Shown here: piece after piece, positions 56,070 through 64,000 of the stretch
Position numbering within the stretch: the first letter of the stretch is position 1
Layout of the letters: the number at the start of each line of letters is the position of its first letter
Sequence record: PZ295659.1
DNA length: 64,000 bases
Source of the DNA: a phage
Reading direction: 5' to 3' (one strand)
The notes under the pieces: generated by a model
Database searches by the model: none
Seen by the model: only the letters and a program-made list of their open reading frames with translations
What the model was told of the DNA's origin: nothing
Translations under genes and position numbers: made by a program

Positions 56070-56610
56070 ATAAAAAATCCAAACTAGGCGAATCGCTAAC
56101 AACTTCCTTCTTTTCAGCCCCAGGAGCTTTATAAGCGGATTCTTCATAATGCGTCATTTTATCGTAGATGTCTTGAATAAACGTTTCATCTACCAACGCT
56201 ACCATATCATCGTCATGACTGTCGTAGACATTATGAACGAAGTAACTATATTTCTTTGCAACTTCCTTACGTTCTTTTTTGATACGTTGGACAAAAGCAT
56301 TAAAACAAGCTCGAGTTATGTATGCATGTGGGTTATTGTACTTAGTTTCGTCGAAATTATGAAGTCCCTTAATAGAGGCTTCAATCCCATCTGCAATCAT
56401 CTCCTGCTTCCAAGACTGGGTATATCCTGAAAAGTTGAAACGTTTGGACAGGCCTTCGGCGATAAGCATAATTGCTAAACCGATGGTATCATTCTGACGA
56501 ATAATTTTGTTTGGGTCTTTATTATTTAAGAGCTCCTTTTTCCACTCGATTATAGCGGCGAGAAGCTCTTTATTATTCACATAGTTATTTTTAGGTTTTT
56601 GTTCAGTCAT
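56053..56610 (-). CDS. 55: Late-transcription sigma factor gp55
   Basis: 185 aa; [28 protein letters not shown]...; size and sequence as remembered for T4 gp55. Confidence 0.9.
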   Translation of the reverse strand: MTEQKPKNNYVNNKELLAAIIEWKKELLNNKDPNKIIRQNDTIGLAIMLIAEGLSKRFNFSGYTQSWKQEMIADGIEASIKGLHNFDETKYNNPHAYITRACFNAFVQRIKKERKEVAKKYSYFVHNVYDSHDDDMVALVDETFIQDIYDKMTHYEESAYKAPGAEKKEVVSDSPSLDFLYEDDN

Positions 56611-56682
56611 AAGTACCTCTTAGCTCAATTCATAGGTCTATTATATCATAATATTTAGAGACCTATCTTAAAGCACGAGATA

Positions 56683-56952
56683 CTATCGGAGCAAACAATA
56701 AGCCTGAAACACTTTTTCCATTAAACGTTTGAACTCATGGATATCGATATAAAGCTCAGTAAGACCGGCATTATAAAGAAAATCTAAAAAGTTCTCATGT
56801 GTTTCATTATAGTCGCCTTCGTTTAATTGAGATACATGAGTTTCCCAAAAACCAACACCTTTAACAAATGGAAAATACGTGACTTTCATGTATTCGTCAA
56901 CATAAAATTCGCCCAGCTTTTCTTCAGTTATACTGATTCGAGTTAATTTCAT
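56683..56952 (-). CDS. Hypothetical protein (55.x region)
   Basis: 89-aa ORF. Confidence 0.45.
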   Translation of the reverse strand: MKLTRISITEEKLGEFYVDEYMKVTYFPFVKGVGFWETHVSQLNEGDYNETHENFLDFLYNAGLTELYIDIHEFKRLMEKVFQAYCLLR

Positions 56953-57176
56953 TCTAGTTCCTTTGCTGCTTCAAGAGCAGCATCCAGCGAATCAAATTGG
57001 TCAACGAAATCAATATTCAACGCATCGTCAACCGTAGCATATAACCACCATTGTTTGAATTCATATTCTAGGATAAATCCAGGACCTTCAATCTGAGGAA
57101 GACCTAGGCTATTTGTACCAACTTCGTAACCAGCTAGACGCAGGTCGTTAATCAAAGTTTCTGTTAATACGCTCAT
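56949..57176 (-). CDS. Hypothetical acidic protein (55.x region)
   Basis: 75-aa ORF with stop/start overlap. Confidence 0.45.
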   Translation of the reverse strand: MSVLTETLINDLRLAGYEVGTNSLGLPQIEGPGFILEYEFKQWWLYATVDDALNIDFVDQFDSLDAALEAAKELE

Positions 57177-57505
57177 TTTACCGCCTTAACAATTTTCAGG
57201 TCAACGAATTTTTTCTTACGTTGATTTTTCATACGACGGATAGTCTTTTCAGAGATTTCATGTTTCTGATAAGCTTTAGATTCAACACCAAATGCAGCAA
57301 CGTCAAATTCAGAAAGAATATATTGTACTAGAATTTCACGAATAGAATTACGTCCAATTTTCTGGTCGTGTTTTTGCATGATTTCATAAAGACGGAATTC
57401 CCACGCGTCAAGAACTTGAGGAGTAACAATATTGCCGGATTCCAGAAGAGCAACAACTTTATCGAAAGCGAAAGAATTAACTACGTTTTTGATTTTAGTA
57501 GACAT
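57173..57505 (-). CDS. Hypothetical protein (55.x region)
   Basis: 110-aa ORF with early promoter upstream. Confidence 0.5.
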   Translation of the reverse strand: MSTKIKNVVNSFAFDKVVALLESGNIVTPQVLDAWEFRLYEIMQKHDQKIGRNSIREILVQYILSEFDVAAFGVESKAYQKHEISEKTIRRMKNQRKKKFVDLKIVKAVK

Positions 57506-57542
57506 ATTATTTTCCTAGGTTATTTTATTATCCAATGAGAGA

Positions 57543-57572
57543 ATTATACTTTGCTCTCAAGAGTTTGTATAC
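57543..57572 (-). promoter_or_regulatory. Early promoter (GTATACA-N17-TATAAT), near-identical copy of the ndd promoter cassette
   Basis: gagaattatactttgctctcaagagtttgtatac vs gagcattatactctgctctcaagagtttgtacaa at 14171..14204. Confidence 0.5.
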
Positions 57573-57811
57573 TATTTTTTAAGCATGAAAAGTAAGTAAT
57601 TTGTATCACGTGGAGTAATATCAACACCCATATCAAAGATGCCTTTATAGATTGGGTATTTGTTTTCGGTTGTATCGAAGCTGAAACTATTTCCATCGCA
57701 TCTAACAGTAATAGCATCTGTTAAAATGTCATACTCAATCCTAACAATTGAATCCCCAATTTTAACGTCGAGGTGTTTTTTGAATTTGATAAAATCTAAT
57801 TCTTGGGCCAT
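57572..57811 (-). CDS. Hypothetical protein
   Basis: 79-aa ORF; 10-bp inverted repeat gataggaaga/tcttcctatc upstream. Confidence 0.45.
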   Translation of the reverse strand: MAQELDFIKFKKHLDVKIGDSIVRIEYDILTDAITVRCDGNSFSFDTTENKYPIYKGIFDMGVDITPRDTNYLLFMLKK

Positions 57812-57874
57812 GATATTTTCCTCGTTTTAAGACGATAGGAAGACATGTTATTATCTTCCTATCGTTGTACATTA

Positions 57875-58075
57875 TTAACCGAACTTTTTAGCGCCTTTCC
57901 AGCCTTCGTACATAACTGCACAAGTCAGTAGTACAGCGTGCTGGCATTCTTTGTATTTGTAAATCCAGAACCAGCGTAAGAAGTCTTCGTCCTCAACGCC
58001 GTTGAGTTTCATATTGGCAAAGAATTCGGCACGTTCTTCACGAAGTTGCCATGACACAATATTTTCAGGATTCAT
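57875..58075 (-). CDS. Hypothetical small protein
   Basis: Start at ATG overlapping the upstream stop (ATGA). Confidence 0.4.
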   Translation of the reverse strand: MNPENIVSWQLREERAEFFANMKLNGVEDEDFLRWFWIYKYKECQHAVLLTCAVMYEGWKGAKKFG

Positions 58076-58206
58076 TTTGTGTTCCACGCCCCGTTTTCGT
58101 CGATGAACTTAATCCAGTCATTTACAGACCATTTAGTTGTATCATCCTTTGGATTAACATTTAAAGTATATAATCCCTGCTTAAAAAGCATTCGTTTGAT
58201 ATTCAT
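58072..58206 (-). CDS. Hypothetical small protein (44 aa)
   Basis: Start at internal ATG with SD gagga. Confidence 0.35.
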   Translation of the reverse strand: MNIKRMLFKQGLYTLNVNPKDDTTKWSVNDWIKFIDENGAWNTK

Positions 58207-58213
58207 AATTTCC

Positions 58214-58507
58214 TCAACTGTAACGATAACATTCGTTAGCTTTACGTTTGGCTTCAGTATGAGAAGTATTATAATCATAATCTTCTTTACTGTAAACATC
58301 TTTTTTCAACTTACGAACTTCTTTGCGAAGTTGTCGATTCATTTCGTTCTTGACTTCAGAATCAACCCCGCTCATACGCTTCCATTTATCTGAGCGGAAT
58401 ATGTTTTCAACCATGTCTTTGTGGCTAACACCGTCAGGAGCTTTACGTTTACCAAAATAGTCGTAATCACGAACTTTCAAATCTTTACGACGATACGTTT
58501 TACCCAT
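58214..58507 (-). CDS. Hypothetical basic protein
   Basis: Start at internal ATG with SD gaggt; lysine/arginine rich. Confidence 0.45.
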   Translation of the reverse strand: MGKTYRRKDLKVRDYDYFGKRKAPDGVSHKDMVENIFRSDKWKRMSGVDSEVKNEMNRQLRKEVRKLKKDVYSKEDYDYNTSHTEAKRKANECYRYS

Positions 58508-58514
58508 AAGTACC

Positions 58515-58763
58515 TCAGAGGTTGATTGATACAATGCGTTTGATAAAATTCACTTCACTTACTGAAAGGTCTTTGAGACCGATTGATTCTAAACGTTGAG
58601 TAAGCGTCAACATTGGGATATAGTCCCATTGTGTTTTAGACGTTTGATAAGTACGGACGCCATTAGCAATTTCAACATGCAAATCGGAAATGGTAACGAA
58701 TACTGGACGCTCATCATTAACTTTAAGGGTTAGAACAACTTTCTTTGAATCTAAACTAATCAT
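58515..58763 (-). CDS. Hypothetical protein
   Basis: 82-aa ORF. Confidence 0.45.
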   Translation of the reverse strand: MISLDSKKVVLTLKVNDERPVFVTISDLHVEIANGVRTYQTSKTQWDYIPMLTLTQRLESIGLKDLSVSEVNFIKRIVSINL

Positions 58764-59062
58764 GGCTTAATTTCCTTTGCAATTGAACAGAAGATACCAC
58801 GGTCACAAAGCATTTCACCAATTTCTGGATATTTGATTGAACGGTACCAAACATCCAGGCTTGAAACTCTGGTTATCTGTACTGCATTACCGTTGACAGA
58901 ATAGTACTGGTCGACCTTAATTTCTTTATCTTCAATTGTCATTTTATTTTCCTCTATAGTAGATGGCTTAATCTTAACACATCTATTGAGGATGTAAACT
59001 GTTTTATGAAAATATTTTCGATTTGAGAGGGGCACAAGGAGATAGTGAAGTGAAGATTCCAA
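58760..59062 (-). CDS. Hypothetical protein
   Basis: 100-aa ORF. Confidence 0.45.
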   Translation of the reverse strand: MESSLHYLLVPLSNRKYFHKTVYILNRCVKIKPSTIEENKMTIEDKEIKVDQYYSVNGNAVQITRVSSLDVWYRSIKYPEIGEMLCDRGIFCSIAKEIKP

Positions 59063-59107
59063 TGGATTATATTAGAAATGAGATAAAGAAGACCAGGCGG
59101 CACCTGG

Positions 59108-59431
59108 TCAATCTTCTATAATATCAGAGTCATATCCTAATGAAATCAAGGACTTTTTAAACTCTGCAATATTCTTTTGTTTCTTATCATTTAAAAATAT
59201 GACAGGATAACGAATATTAAGTGAAGTGAATCCTGCACGTTTAGCAAGAGATACGATTAAAGGACGGTCATATTCAATCTTACCATTATTAGTGAGGACT
59301 TTATAAAATGTATAAGGAGCATTGAGCTCCTTTAAAAGTTTTGTAACAGTATAACATCCCGGACAACGTCCTACTTCTTCAGGGATGCCGTAAATTTCAA
59401 TCTTATTCTTTAAGTTCGAGTTTTGTTCCAC
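59108..59431 (-). CDS. nrdH: Glutaredoxin/NrdH-like redoxin (start uncertain, possibly GTG)
   Basis: KIEIYGIPEEVGRCPGCYTVTKLL with CxxC active site; no in-frame ATG near the start, GTG at 59431 preceded by aagga. Confidence 0.45.
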   Translation of the reverse strand: MEQNSNLKNKIEIYGIPEEVGRCPGCYTVTKLLKELNAPYTFYKVLTNNGKIEYDRPLIVSLAKRAGFTSLNIRYPVIFLNDKKQKNIAEFKKSLISLGYDSDIIED

Positions 59432-59714
59432 GAGAAATAATTCCTTGGTAAGCCCAATAAGGAGGATTAACAGAATCCTCGCCAGAGTTTTCTTCAGGAA
59501 AATAAACCTGGATAACAAATCCAGATTCATCAAAGGTAAAATAAACTGTAGGCAGTTCACCTAACAATTCGGCACGAGCATTAATTTCTTCGAGATCTCG
59601 TTCACGTCCAGCCCAAAAACTAGGATTTAGATTACATTCGTAAAAATAATAGTCATTACCGAACATATCAAAACCTTTCCAACTCTCTACCACATACCGC
59701 TCAAAACTAATCAT
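59403..59714 (-). CDS. Hypothetical acidic protein
   Basis: 103-aa ORF. Confidence 0.45.
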   Translation of the reverse strand: MISFERYVVESWKGFDMFGNDYYFYECNLNPSFWAGRERDLEEINARAELLGELPTVYFTFDESGFVIQVYFPEENSGEDSVNPPYWAYQGIISRGTKLELKE

Positions 59715-59716
59715 AA

Positions 59717-59956
59717 TTAAGCCTTTTTATCAAGAACAGAATTCAGTTTATTAGTAATTTTGTCCAAACGTTCATTGAATTCGCTGGAGGATAATCCCTT
59801 TTCCGGAGAAATTAAACTAATCACGAAAAATACACCAGTAAAAGGAATAAGAAAAATAGCTCCAACTGCCATAAACAAAAAGAATGTTACGGTTGTAAGA
59901 AAATCAGCTAAACCTTTACGAAATTTATACATATTTACCCTTAATTGATTAACCAA
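59717..59956 (-). CDS. Small membrane protein
   Basis: 79 aa with one long hydrophobic segment. Confidence 0.5.
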   Translation of the reverse strand: MVNQLRVNMYKFRKGLADFLTTVTFFLFMAVGAIFLIPFTGVFFVISLISPEKGLSSSEFNERLDKITNKLNSVLDKKA

Positions 59957-60046
59957 GCATTGATAAGCACTAAACTATATTGCGAATAAAATTCTGGACC
60001 AAAATGAAAAATCATATCATTTATAGTATCCATAATATAATTCAAT

Positions 60047-60517
60047 TTAATCATGTTTCCACACCCCATCGGTATTTGACCAAAGTCGCTGATTATCTGA
60101 TCCTCGCCACAGTTTTTTGGTCGGAAGATTTTTCTCATACTTCCCATCAATAATAACATCAACATATTTAAGCATTTCTAGTTGTTTAATATCTTCAAAC
60201 TTATATCCTGTCCACAACCAAATGCTTTTATTGGGATAAAGATTTTTTACTGTTTGAACAATGCAATGAACAACATCTCGGTTATCAGGATAGAGAGGGT
60301 CTCCTCCAGTTATAGTTAATCCTTCTATATAATCATTATTCAAACATTCAATTAATTGTTCTAGCGTTTCACCAGTGAATGGAACGCCATTTCTAGCATT
60401 CCATGTTGATTTATTATAACACCCTTCGCATTTATGCAAACAACCGGTAACGAAAAGAACGACCCTGCAACCAGGGCCATTCACAAAATCACAGGGATAA
60501 AATCTATCATAATTCAT
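60047..60517 (-). CDS. nrdG: Anaerobic ribonucleotide reductase activating enzyme NrdG (radical SAM)
   Basis: 156 aa; cysteine cluster CLHKCEGC; ATG overlaps the nrdD stop as ATGA. Confidence 0.9.
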   Translation of the reverse strand: MNYDRFYPCDFVNGPGCRVVLFVTGCLHKCEGCYNKSTWNARNGVPFTGETLEQLIECLNNDYIEGLTITGGDPLYPDNRDVVHCIVQTVKNLYPNKSIWLWTGYKFEDIKQLEMLKYVDVIIDGKYEKNLPTKKLWRGSDNQRLWSNTDGVWKHD

Positions 60518-62331
60518 TGGTGTTTAACCCTATGCATGATTTCTTTATTTTTGCCGAGATTAAATCCACGTTCGTTCGGATTTCCAAGATAACCGCATGT
60601 TCTTCTTATGGTGTTCATCTTTTTAGGATCAGTTTCTCCACAAATAGAACAAACAAATCCGTTTTCAGTAGGAGTCATTTCATGGGTACTTCCACACGTA
60701 AAACATTTATCTACTGGCATATTAACACCAAAATAATCTAAATGTTGCGCAGCATAATCCCATACAGCCTCAAGACCTTTTAGGTTATTTTTCATATCAG
60801 GAAGTTCAACATAAGAAATGTGACCGCCAGTCGCAATGAAATGATATGGGGCTTCGCGAGAAATCTTTTCAAACGGAGTAATATTTTCTTCTACTGAAAC
60901 ATGGAAACTATTAGTGTACCATCCTTTATCAGTAACATCTTTTACACTTCCATATTTTTCAGTATCGAGTTTACAGAAGCGATAGCACAGGTTTTCAGCA
61001 GGAGTAGAATACAAGCTAAAAGCAAAACCGGTTCTTTCAGTCCACTGCTTAAGACGAGCATTCATTTTAGTTAAAATTTCTTGTCCAATATCACGACCGA
61101 CAAGAATATTCAATTCGTGAATACCAATGTATCCTAGGGACACTGAACTTCTACCGTTTTTAAATAACTCAATTATGTCGTCGTCAGGTTTAAGACGAAC
61201 CCCGAATGCACCTTCTTGGTAAAGAATAGGAGCAACAGTCGCTTTAACTCCTTTTAAGGAACTAATTCTACACATCAAAGCTTCAAAACATAAATCCATT
61301 CGTTCATTGAACAATTCGGTAAATTTCTGTTCATTGAACTGTGTTCCAATATAAGAATCTAACGCAATACGAGGAAGATTCAGTGTTACAACACCAAGAT
61401 TATTACGTCCATCAAGAATTTCATTACCAGTCGAATCTTTCCATACACTCAAGAAACTACGACAACCCATTGGAGAAACAGGAATAGATGAACCGGTGAT
61501 AGCTTTATTATTCTTAACTGAAATAATATCAGGATACATTCTTTTGCTTGCACACTCTAGAGCAAGCTGCTTAATATCATAGTTCGGGTCGTCTTTATAA
61601 AGATTGACACCCTCTTCAACGAACATAACAAGTTTAGGGAAAATAGGAGTTATTCCATCACGACCAAGGCCTTTAATACGGTTTTTAAGAATTGCCTTCT
61701 GAATAATTCGTTCAGTCCAGTCAGTTCCAGTACCAAATGTAATTGTTACAAAAGGCGTTTGCCCGTTTGAACTAAAGAGAGTATTTACTTCGTATTCATA
61801 CGCTTGGAATGCATCGTATACGTCTTTTTCTGTTTTAGATTGGGCATAATTCAACGCATCAGCGATTTGCCATTTTTCTGCATCCTCAATATGTTTTGCA
61901 TAGGTGCGTTTAACATAAGGAGAAAGTACTTTATCTACATTCGCAAAAGTCGTTCCGCCATATTGATGGGAAGCAACCTGTGCAGTAATTTGTGCCATAA
62001 TTGCAGTAGCAACGCCGATTGATTTAGGAGTTTCAATCTGTGCATTACCTAGCTTAAATCCGTTTTCAAGCATTCCTTTTAAATCTACTAAACAGCAATT
62101 AGTAAATGGAAGAGCAGGGGAATAATCAATATCATGGAAATGGATAATTCCGCTTTCATGTGCTTTCATAATAAAAGACGGGACCATATTTTTGGCAATG
62201 TGCTTAGACACAATACCAGCCATAAGGTCCCGTTGAGTTGGAAAAACACGAGAATCTTTATTAGCATTCTCGTTCAAAAGATCTTTATTAGTTTTATGAA
62301 TTAATCCTTCAATTTCTTTTTCAATTTTCAT
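60514..62331 (-). CDS. nrdD: Anaerobic ribonucleoside-triphosphate reductase NrdD, uninterrupted
   Basis: 605 aa continuous; C-terminal zinc-ribbon cysteines CFTCGS...CSICG and glycyl-radical region RRTCGYLG. Confidence 0.95.
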   Translation of the reverse strand: MKIEKEIEGLIHKTNKDLLNENANKDSRVFPTQRDLMAGIVSKHIAKNMVPSFIMKAHESGIIHFHDIDYSPALPFTNCCLVDLKGMLENGFKLGNAQIETPKSIGVATAIMAQITAQVASHQYGGTTFANVDKVLSPYVKRTYAKHIEDAEKWQIADALNYAQSKTEKDVYDAFQAYEYEVNTLFSSNGQTPFVTITFGTGTDWTERIIQKAILKNRIKGLGRDGITPIFPKLVMFVEEGVNLYKDDPNYDIKQLALECASKRMYPDIISVKNNKAITGSSIPVSPMGCRSFLSVWKDSTGNEILDGRNNLGVVTLNLPRIALDSYIGTQFNEQKFTELFNERMDLCFEALMCRISSLKGVKATVAPILYQEGAFGVRLKPDDDIIELFKNGRSSVSLGYIGIHELNILVGRDIGQEILTKMNARLKQWTERTGFAFSLYSTPAENLCYRFCKLDTEKYGSVKDVTDKGWYTNSFHVSVEENITPFEKISREAPYHFIATGGHISYVELPDMKNNLKGLEAVWDYAAQHLDYFGVNMPVDKCFTCGSTHEMTPTENGFVCSICGETDPKKMNTIRRTCGYLGNPNERGFNLGKNKEIMHRVKHQ

Positions 62332-62801
62332 TTTAAACTCTTTCTAAGCTGCTTTTTGAATGAAGCTATTAATTGTGTTTTGGTATCAGATTCATTATAT
62401 TCAAATCCTCTTTGAAGCATCTCAGCCATCATTTCCTCTTTACCTAGTCTTGAGAACTCTTTAGTTTTGTCTGGAACAAAATTAGGATGGATATTATTAT
62501 CAGAATAATCTTGTTTCAAATAAGCAAGAAGAGCTTCAAGCCATTCGAGGTAGTCGACATCACGTCCTTTAAGACCGGAACGGTTGAACTTATGCTTCAT
62601 TTGACCTTCTGCTGCGTTGCACAGATTACAGAGTAACCCACGAACTCTACCTGCTTTTGGCCCGTTTAATTCGTGGTCGTGGTCAAGATGGTTACCTTGA
62701 ACATCAGGGTCTAATTCACGGTGGCAAATAGGACACTTACCATTCTGTGCATCATAAAATTTTTGTTTTTCTTCTTTATATTTTGTGCCTGATAATAACA
62801 T
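62328..62801 (-). CDS. 49: Endonuclease VII (gp49), Holliday junction resolvase
   Basis: 157 aa; CPICHRELDPD...HLDHDHELNGPKAGRVRGLLCNLCNAAEG matches remembered T4 endonuclease VII. Confidence 0.9.
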   Translation of the reverse strand: MLLSGTKYKEEKQKFYDAQNGKCPICHRELDPDVQGNHLDHDHELNGPKAGRVRGLLCNLCNAAEGQMKHKFNRSGLKGRDVDYLEWLEALLAYLKQDYSDNNIHPNFVPDKTKEFSRLGKEEMMAEMLQRGFEYNESDTKTQLIASFKKQLRKSLK

Positions 62802-62836
62802 GATAAACCCTTACCTTAAATAGATAAGGGTATTTA

Positions 62837-63247
62837 TTAACTTAAACGTCTTTCTAAATATTCAATGTATTCTGCGGCTGCTTGCATCAGGTTACCTTCA
62901 TAGCCGTCGTTATTTTCTTGTCCGGCTAATTTAGCTAATGCATAAGAAATTCGTTCACCTTCGAATTCACCAAGTTTACTGCCACAAACTACTTGATCAA
63001 TTTCTTCGAGTTCATCTATTGAATTGGATTCCCAGAAACACCAAAAACCAATATCACGGTCGTGAATGCAAAGTTTCTCGCCGGTAGACAACATCACTTC
63101 AACGATGCCGCCGTCAAGGTCAGCCGTTGTTGAAATACCAATTACCTTGATTATTGTTCCTTTCTTTAATTCAGGAAACTTGACTTGTAGTTCTTCATCT
63201 TCTTTAACAATCTTGAACCATTTACCGCGAGTTTCAGAAATATTCAT
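62837..63247 (-). CDS. Hypothetical acidic protein (start at internal ATG)
   Basis: Six-frame ORF 62837..63385 trimmed to ATG 63247, immediately after the stop of ORF 63249..63446. Confidence 0.4.
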   Translation of the reverse strand: MNISETRGKWFKIVKEDEELQVKFPELKKGTIIKVIGISTTADLDGGIVEVMLSTGEKLCIHDRDIGFWCFWESNSIDELEEIDQVVCGSKLGEFEGERISYALAKLAGQENNDGYEGNLMQAAAEYIEYLERRLS

Positions 63248-63248
63248 A

Positions 63249-63446
63249 TCAATATTCTCTATAAAAGTTACGATGAGAACGTTTAGCTTTGCGAAGCTGA
63301 CGTTTAGTAGGACGAACTGTAAACGGTTGTCCAGAGAAAAAATTCGGATCGGTTTTAATAAGCAAATACCAATCATGCTTGCCATTTTTTAATAAACGGT
63401 ACAATAATTTAACTTGCATAATAATCTCTTCCCATTTCCATATCAA
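63249..63446 (-). CDS. Hypothetical basic small protein
   Basis: 65-aa ORF. Confidence 0.4.
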   Translation of the reverse strand: MIWKWEEIIMQVKLLYRLLKNGKHDWYLLIKTDPNFFSGQPFTVRPTKRQLRKAKRSHRNFYREY

Positions 63447-63547
63447 TTAATTCATTTATTGAAGGTTCATCATAACATGGTTCTTCGTAGTTGTAAACCG
63501 TTTCGACGTCTGGCTCGACAGTTTCCCATCGAGCCGAATACCATGGT

Positions 63548-63904
63548 TTAACCCCGGAGTTTATTGAGCTCTTCATAATCAATCCAGGATTCTAGCCCTG
63601 ATGGCAAATCAGATTCAACATCCCACAGAAGCTCTTCAATGGCTTGCAGGCGATTATATTCTTCAACGGTAATGGTAACCATTGGTGCAACCGGTTCCGC
63701 CTTTTTAACCATCATATCGTTCATCAGGACGTAAAGGTCATCACGAACGACAGTGTCGTTCCAACCCCATGATTTGGCTTCGTAAGCTAACGATGAAGGG
63801 AGCACATTTAAAACTTCAATAATAGTTGGAGCATCAGGACCAAGTTCATTGGCACAAACTTCGTATACATCTTGGAAATCTTTAAGATTTAATGAATATG
63901 TCAT
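63548..63904 (-). CDS. Hypothetical acidic protein
   Basis: 118 aa; ATG overlaps the nrdC stop as ATGA. Confidence 0.5.
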   Translation of the reverse strand: MTYSLNLKDFQDVYEVCANELGPDAPTIIEVLNVLPSSLAYEAKSWGWNDTVVRDDLYVLMNDMMVKKAEPVAPMVTITVEEYNRLQAIEELLWDVESDLPSGLESWIDYEELNKLRG

Positions 63905-64000
63905 TTAAAATATTCTCGTAGTTGGTCAAATCCACCAATGTGACTTCCGTCAGGAGCAAACACTTGAGGCATAGTCAATCCGACTTGTGATTCACGTCCA
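63901..64000 (-). CDS. nrdC: Glutaredoxin/thioredoxin NrdC, C-terminal end only (gene starts beyond the window)
   Basis: Minus-strand translation ends ...QVFAPDGSHIGGFDQLREYFK, matching the remembered T4 NrdC C-terminus. Confidence 0.7.
   Translation of the reverse strand, partial: GRESQVGLTMPQVFAPDGSHIGGFDQLREYFK

Noticed and set aside
14425-57572. Recurring ~30 to 45-bp repeats as a possible CRISPR array or transposon ends
   Set aside because: Copies are dispersed over tens of kb and each coincides with a -35/-10 promoter upstream of a gene; no regular repeat-spacer periodicity or transposase gene.
59941-60165. Minus-strand 74-aa ORF
   Set aside because: Mostly overlaps nrdG in another frame; only a ~24-codon stub remains outside the overlap.
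1-64000. tRNA or other structured RNA genes
   Set aside because: No cloverleaf-compatible segments noticed by eye in intergenic regions; the T4 tRNA cluster lies in a different part of T4-like genomes. Not excluded without a tRNA scan.

Overview
This 64 kb window reads as a T4-like (Tevenvirinae) phage segment, most similar by my recall to RB69 (the 903-aa DNA polymerase begins MKEFYLTVEQIGDSIF). All identifications rest on motif reading and remembered T4/RB69 proteins; no database search or folding was run. Layout: (1) a late, plus-strand tail-fibre module, gp34 (5-prime truncated), gp35, gp36, gp37, a T2-type gp38 adhesin and holin t, with TATAAATA late promoters; (2) from 9.1 kb onward an almost unbroken run of minus-strand early/middle genes in T4 order: asiA, arn-like, motA, gp52, ndd, denB-like, rIIB, rIIA, an undivided gp39, dexA, dda, a ModA/B-like ADP-ribosyltransferase, soc, gp56, gp61, sp, dmd, gp41, gp40, uvsX, gp42, gp43, regA, gp62, gp44, gp45, rpbA, gp46, gp47, gp55, nrdG, nrdD, gp49 and the 3-prime end of nrdC. 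The main candidate system is a DNA hypermodification toolkit occupying the loci where T4 carries imm and its glucosyltransferases: a four-gene NDP-pentose (probably NDP-arabinose) biosynthesis module between gp42 and gp43 (KdsD-like SIS isomerase, nucleotidyltransferase-kinase fusion, HAD phosphatase, Cys-rich protein); a P-loop protein plus a 299-aa protein at the beta-gt locus; and a GT-B glycosyltransferase between rIIA.1 and gp39. No alpha-gt lies between gp47 and gp55. Non-coding signals include a family of UUCG-tetraloop hairpins after minus-strand genes, sigma70-type early promoters (GTTTACA-N17-TATAAT) often embedded in inverted repeats and recurring as near-identical cassettes, and several ATGA/TAATG stop-start overlaps. 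No tRNA, rRNA, CRISPR array, intron, homing endonuclease or transposon was recognised.
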